From: a virus
Length of the DNA stretch: 35,913 nt
Direction: 5' to 3' (one strand)
Virus record (IMG/VR): IMGVR_UViG_3300021432_000004
Span: 1-35,913 of that record
Positions 32,754 through 35,913 of this stretch are shown piece after piece. The translations under genes were made by a program, and so were the position numbers. Every line of letters begins with the position of its first letter. The first letter of the stretch is position 1. The notes beneath the pieces are model-generated. The model saw only the letters and a program-made list of their open reading frames with translations. It was not told where the DNA came from and searched no databases.

Positions 32754-33430
32754 TTTGAAGCTTCTTCTTCAGCCAAGCGGCGCATATCAGCCATAGCAGT
32801 TTCATTGCTTTCATAAAACCGCGTAGGACTAACTAGAAGATCAGGCGAGCTTGCATGGTATATCAGCAGTGCAGCTAATGGCGTATCGTGAAAACGCTCC
32901 AATTCCTTACCAGCTTCGCCAGCCAAATGTACGACCCAGCCAGCGCGGCAATGCGTTGTCTCGCAACTGTGCCAGGTAGACATATTCAGAGCATCAGGCT
33001 TGCTGACAGCAGCTAAAACGGTTTGGTGGATATTGTCGATTATTGGAATTGCTGGCGCGCCCAGATTTCCAGAAGTCGCATCTGGTTCAGCGCACAAGCC
33101 TTTTTTATTCCATAGATTGGCGATATGGTAGCAGTCGGAGCAGCGGGAGCAGCTGGAGCAGCGGGAGCAGCGGGAGCAGCTGGAGCAGTCGGAGCAGCGG
33201 GAGCAGCAGAAGCAGCGGGAGCAGCTGGAGCAGCTGGAGCAGTTGGAGCAGTCGGAGCAGCGGGAGCAGCCGAAGCAGCGGGAGCAGCCGAAGCAGTCGG
33301 AGCAGTCGGAGCAGTTTATGCAATTCTGGCACTCATTCAGCGATTCCAGTGCCTCCCGTGCAGCTTCTTCGCTGCCGAAATATTCAACGCTGCATTTATT
33401 GCCGTTTTTGTCTTCGATCCAGGTTGTCAT
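32750..33430 (-). CDS. Cys-X-X repeat protein, 226 aa, with non-repetitive C-terminal domain
   Basis: ATG 33430 with AAGGA RBS. 23 consecutive CXX triplets, then a domain containing WHSCETTHCRAGW. Confidence 0.75.
   Translation of the reverse strand: MTTWIEDKNGNKCSVEYFGSEEAAREALESLNECQNCINCSDCSDCFGCSRCFGCSRCSDCSNCSSCSSCSRCFCCSRCSDCSSCSRCSRCSSCSRCSDCYHIANLWNKKGLCAEPDATSGNLGAPAIPIIDNIHQTVLAAVSKPDALNMSTWHSCETTHCRAGWVVHLAGEAGKELERFHDTPLAALLIYHASSPDLLVSPTRFYESNETAMADMRRLAEEEASK
33125..33331. repeat. 9-nt-periodic tandem array (GGAGCAGCN on + strand) encoding the CXX triplets
   Basis: Read directly. It produces spurious long ORFs in several frames on both strands. Confidence 0.9.
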
Positions 33431-33456
33431 GATTTTCCTTTGGGGCTGTGAAAAAA

Positions 33457-33777
33457 CTAGTGGTAAAGCAAAGTACTGATCACCATACAGGTCACCAGCA
33501 CCATGCAGAAAACATAGGCCGACACCTTCATTAGCTTGCGGTTTGTCTCGCACTGGGCGCAGATGCGGATCAATTCTTTCTTTTGCACTGCCCTGGTAGC
33601 GCCGTGCGATGAGCCAAACGCATTCCATTGAGCAGCGCACCAGGCAGCCTTCCACGCATCAGGCTCGCCGGCCCCATTCGCATAGGCGCGCACGTGATCC
33701 AACTCAGAGTCGCTAGCAAAGCCATTGGCAAAGCACTCAGCGACTTCCAGCGCGCGCCGGGTGCTGGTGTCTTGCAT
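33457..33777 (-). CDS. Tail-anchored protein, 106 aa, with Ala/Trp-rich helical N-domain
   Basis: N-terminal RRALEVAECFANGFASDSEL ... AWKAAWCAAQW. C-terminal hydrophobic helix YVFCMVLVTCMVISTLL. Confidence 0.6.
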   Translation of the reverse strand: MQDTSTRRALEVAECFANGFASDSELDHVRAYANGAGEPDAWKAAWCAAQWNAFGSSHGATRAVQKKELIRICAQCETNRKLMKVSAYVFCMVLVTCMVISTLLYH

Positions 33778-33887
33778 CAGATCAATCCGAATTCATTGTC
33801 AATCTGCAGCGTAAAAGGATCGTCCTCATTGTAGACAATCTAAGGCAGCACCGAATGTTGTGTTTGTGTGGGTTGCATGGTTATTCC

Positions 33888-34115
33888 TTACTCAAACCAG
33901 TCAGCTTGCAGCTTCAAAGTTTCGGTGTGGCCGCTTTTTGTCGTTGATGCAGCCATTTCCAAATAAGCCGCGTCGCCATCATCCAGGAAGCGTTGTTCTG
34001 CGTCAGACATCCAAGCGCACGGCTGCAAGGAATTCGACGGTTTGTGATTGAATCTGACCCAAGTGGAAACCGCGTCTTGGCCTTCGAGTGTGAGAGTTTT
34101 CATTTCCATTCCCAT
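33888..34115 (-). CDS. First gene of the leftward operon, hypothetical, 71-75 aa
   Basis: Three in-frame ATGs (34115, 34109, 34103); weak RBS; acidic protein. Confidence 0.6.
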   Translation of the reverse strand: MGMEMKTLTLEGQDAVSTWVRFNHKPSNSLQPCAWMSDAEQRFLDDGDAAYLEMAASTTKSGHTETLKLQADWFE

Positions 34116-34354
34116 TGTGTTGGTGCGTTTATTGTTGGTGGCCGGATTTAAACCGGCTGCTAGGTCATTTTCTGCGCTTCTTGGTGCCGGTCACCACTCC
34201 GGTCTGTTTAATCTCTGTCCTTATCCGGCTACCATAATTGGCTTGAGGCATCGGAGGTTTGATTCGGTGATATCGCAGCAGTCGCAACCCTAGACGCTTT
34301 AATCACGCTGATGGTGATATTCGACTCGTTGCTTGTTTCTGCGGCGATGTAAGA

Positions 34355-34383
34355 ACTATAGATCAGCTAAAATATAAATGCAA
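34355..34383 (-). promoter_or_regulatory. Leftward sigma70-like promoter TTGCAT-17 nt-TATAGT
   Basis: On the minus strand: -35 = rc of 34378-34383, -10 = rc of 34355-34360. Both hexamers overlap AAGAACTAT repeats (34351-34359, 34382-34390). Confidence 0.55.
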
Positions 34384-34418
34384 GAACTATTGCAAGATAT
34401 TTTTCATGCAGATAAGTA

Positions 34419-34447
34419 TTGATTTATGTAATCCTGTTTGCTATATT
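34419..34447 (+). promoter_or_regulatory. Rightward sigma70-like promoter TTGATT-17 nt-TATATT
   Basis: -35 at 34419-34424, -10 at 34442-34447, followed by AAAGGAG and ATG 34467. Confidence 0.65.
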
Positions 34448-34466
34448 GGTCGAAGAAAAGGAGCCA

Positions 34467-34649
34467 ATGATGGATAAACTTGAATATGTAAGAGAAAACT
34501 TAAAGAACACCGCCAAAGATGCAGAGGTGTCCTTTAAAACGAAAATTTCAACACGAACGCTAAGTAACATCCGTAAGCCAGACAGCAAACCGCATACCAG
34601 CACTATTGAGGCGTTGCACGCTTATTTTAAGAGAAGGGAGAGCAAATGA
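34467..34649 (+). CDS. Cro-like small HTH regulator, 60 aa
   Basis: ATG 34467 after AAAGGAG. The segment KISTRTLSNIRKP looks like an HTH recognition region. First gene after the promoter. Confidence 0.65.
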   Translation: MMDKLEYVRENLKNTAKDAEVSFKTKISTRTLSNIRKPDSKPHTSTIEALHAYFKRRESK

Positions 34650-34906
34650 AATACGCTCTTTACCGCCATTTTGATAAAGATGAAAAGTTACTTTATGTGG
34701 GGATGTCGGGATTTGTTTTTGACAGGAATAATCAGCATCGATATTCCTCCTGGTATGACGAAATAAAAACCATCACCATTGAAAAATTTGACTCCAAAGA
34801 AGATGCGCTAAGAGCAGAGACTGATGCTATCAGTAGAGAAAATCCTGTTTATAACATAATGGGTAAAGGAAGGAATTCCAAAATAGTTTTAAGGGGTGAA
34901 AATTGA
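34646..34906 (+). CDS. Stand-alone GIY-YIG-like nuclease-fold protein, 86 aa
   Basis: ALYRHF ... LLYVGMS ... R-x3-H ... AETDAI ... PVYN spacing fits the GIY-YIG core. ATGA overlap upstream. Confidence 0.65.
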   Translation: MKYALYRHFDKDEKLLYVGMSGFVFDRNNQHRYSSWYDEIKTITIEKFDSKEDALRAETDAISRENPVYNIMGKGRNSKIVLRGEN

Positions 34907-35046
34907 TAATCAGCCACAACCGCATCATCACGGAATACCGCAGATACCTAGCCTATCTAAGCGAAGCCGACGCTATCCGTAAAACTGCCGAGCAATTGTT
35001 CATGCTCGAATTCGAAGTTGAGAAAATTGTGAAGGAAGATAAATGA
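34903..35046 (+). CDS. Possible 47-aa protein (TTG start, not in ORF track)
   Basis: TTGA overlap with the upstream stop, AAGGGG RBS, and a stop overlapping the next ATG (ATGA). Confidence 0.4.
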   Translation: MIISHNRIITEYRRYLAYLSEADAIRKTAEQLFMLEFEVEKIVKEDK

Positions 35047-35279
35047 TTGATATAGAAAAATTGCGCAAGTCAGCCAAAAAAGCAGATGATCGCACTGATT
35101 CGTGGCCGTTTCATGAAAAGGCGATGCAGAAATTATTTACAGTCGAGGTCGTAAATAATCTGCTAGATAGGCTGGAGCGTGCTGAAGCATTCTTACGTGA
35201 ATGCGCTGATGAAAAAAATATCATTACAGAATCGAAGACACGCGCCGACGCAATTCATATTTTGGAGCAAGCTAAATGA
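35043..35279 (+). CDS. Hypothetical helical protein, 78 aa
   Basis: GAAGGAAG RBS; coupled to both neighbours. Confidence 0.7.
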   Translation: MIDIEKLRKSAKKADDRTDSWPFHEKAMQKLFTVEVVNNLLDRLERAEAFLRECADEKNIITESKTRADAIHILEQAK

Positions 35280-35638
35280 CCAAACTAACCGACTACCAGC
35301 AAGCGAAGTTTGATGAGGCTATGCTGCTTGTCCTCTGTCTTGTGGACGAAGTTTCTGAAGGGTGGGGAGAGCAAGAAGAAATAGACGTCAAGGAATGCAT
35401 CACGCAACTATGCGCGCAGATTGGGGATGACAGTGCCATCTGCGACATCTGCGACATGTGCGATGGCTTCGGAGAATTTCAGGGTGAATATTGCAAAAAG
35501 TGCTTTGTAGGACAACTCCAATCCGAGCGAAACCAACTGAAGGAAGAGAATGAGAGGCTGAAGCAGTGCACAGTCTCGAAGAAGGAAATTCTCGCCAATG
35601 CGATTATCCGCGCTTACAAAGAATTCTCGGAGGAATAA
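35276..35638 (+). CDS. Zinc-finger protein (CxxCxxCxGxG ... CxxC) with C-terminal coiled coil, 120 aa
   Basis: ICDICDMCDGFGEFQGEYCKKCF resembles a DnaJ-type CxxCxGxG zinc centre. An acidic N-terminus. Confidence 0.75.
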   Translation: MTKLTDYQQAKFDEAMLLVLCLVDEVSEGWGEQEEIDVKECITQLCAQIGDDSAICDICDMCDGFGEFQGEYCKKCFVGQLQSERNQLKEENERLKQCTVSKKEILANAIIRAYKEFSEE

Positions 35639-35641
35639 GCC

Positions 35642-35913
35642 ATGACCAAATACAAGCTATTACCTTGCCCGTTCTGCGGGACTGAGGTAGAAATTAAACA
35701 GAGTGCTATGCCAGTTTCAAATCGCGACTGTTACACAATAACATGTGAAGGCTGCGGGACTAGTCGATCAGATTTTTACATTAATATTATTGAACGGTCA
35801 TGGAATCGCCGCGCCAATCCACAACCTCAATCACTGCTGAGTGATGAGGAAATAGACGCTATCTATTTTAAGCAATTGAATCAGCACGTTCGAGAAGGCG
35901 ACTTCCCAACCAT
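35642..35913 (+). CDS. Lar-family restriction-alleviation domain fusion protein, N-terminal part (continues at 95-344)
   Basis: MTKYKLLPCPFCGTEVE ... YTITCEGCGTSRSD ... ERSWNRRA matches the Lar family pattern (CPFCG ... C-x2-CG ... WN-x-RA). GGAGGA RBS. The ORF is open to the window end. Confidence 0.8.
   Translation, partial: MTKYKLLPCPFCGTEVEIKQSAMPVSNRDCYTITCEGCGTSRSDFYINIIERSWNRRANPQPQSLLSDEEIDAIYFKQLNQHVREGDFPT
35820..35913. repeat. Window-end overlap, copy 2 (identical to 1-94)
   Basis: See copy 1. Confidence 0.9.

Noticed and set aside
30107-33331. Possibility that the two short-period repeat arrays are CRISPR arrays or non-coding satellites
   Set aside because: The periods are 6 and 9 nt with no spacers, and both arrays are in frame within RBS-led ORFs of the leftward operon. 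That is not CRISPR architecture.
33043-33479. Three long plus-strand ORFs (33043-33432, 33125-33451, 33243-33479) and a minus-strand Leu-rich ORF (33105-33332) across the 9-nt repeat
   Set aside because: They are artefacts of the tandem repeat being open in many frames. Only the minus-strand CXX frame connects to a proper RBS/ATG and to non-repetitive flanking domains in the operon orientation.
1-35913. Prophage/lysogeny module, diversity-generating retroelement, phage RNA or DNA polymerase
   Set aside because: No ORF shows integrase (R..HxxR..Y), CI-type repressor, reverse-transcriptase YxDD or polymerase motifs. Absence is judged by eye only and should be confirmed by profile search.

Overview
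The window is one complete tailed-phage genome of about 35.8 kb, podovirus-like in gene content. Bases 1-94 are identical to 35820-35913, so the unit length is 35819 bp. The last ORF (start 35642) runs in frame into 1-344.

Layout:
- A long plus-strand transcription unit starts at a strong sigma70-like promoter (34419-34447) and crosses the window junction. It carries early genes (Cro-like HTH, GIY-YIG-like, zinc-finger proteins, Lar-family fusion). It then carries a promoter/small-ORF/HTH cassette (1027-1901), a DUF1376 replication module (2680-4228), an AT-rich PD-(D/E)xK gene and a tRNA-Pro(UGG).
- A late block follows: small and large terminase, portal, scaffold, major capsid, tail and tail-fibre genes, four large low-complexity internal-virion-like proteins, and a lysis cassette (membrane proteins, GH19 endolysin, embedded i-/o-spanin). 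It ends with a papain-like peptidase fused to DUF4214.
- A 4.9-kb minus-strand early operon (34115 down to about 29258) is driven by a divergent promoter (34355-34383). It encodes a Sak4-like ATPase, an SSB-like protein ending DEDIPF and several orphans.

I recognised no integrase, repressor, DNA polymerase, helicase or RNA polymerase. Spanins and a lipobox imply a Gram-negative host.

Most unusual items:
- Two early genes encode extreme repeat proteins: 23 consecutive Cys-X-X triplets, and about 37 Gly-(Ser/Tyr/Asp) dipeptides.
- A five-copy tetraloop-hairpin-plus-Shine-Dalgarno cassette shows compensatory stem changes in front of the portal, scaffold, capsid, a small structural gene and the peptidase gene.
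- An acr-aca-like cassette.
- A Y-shaped structured element and iteron-like repeats at the replication module.

All functional calls come from motifs read by eye. No database search was possible.
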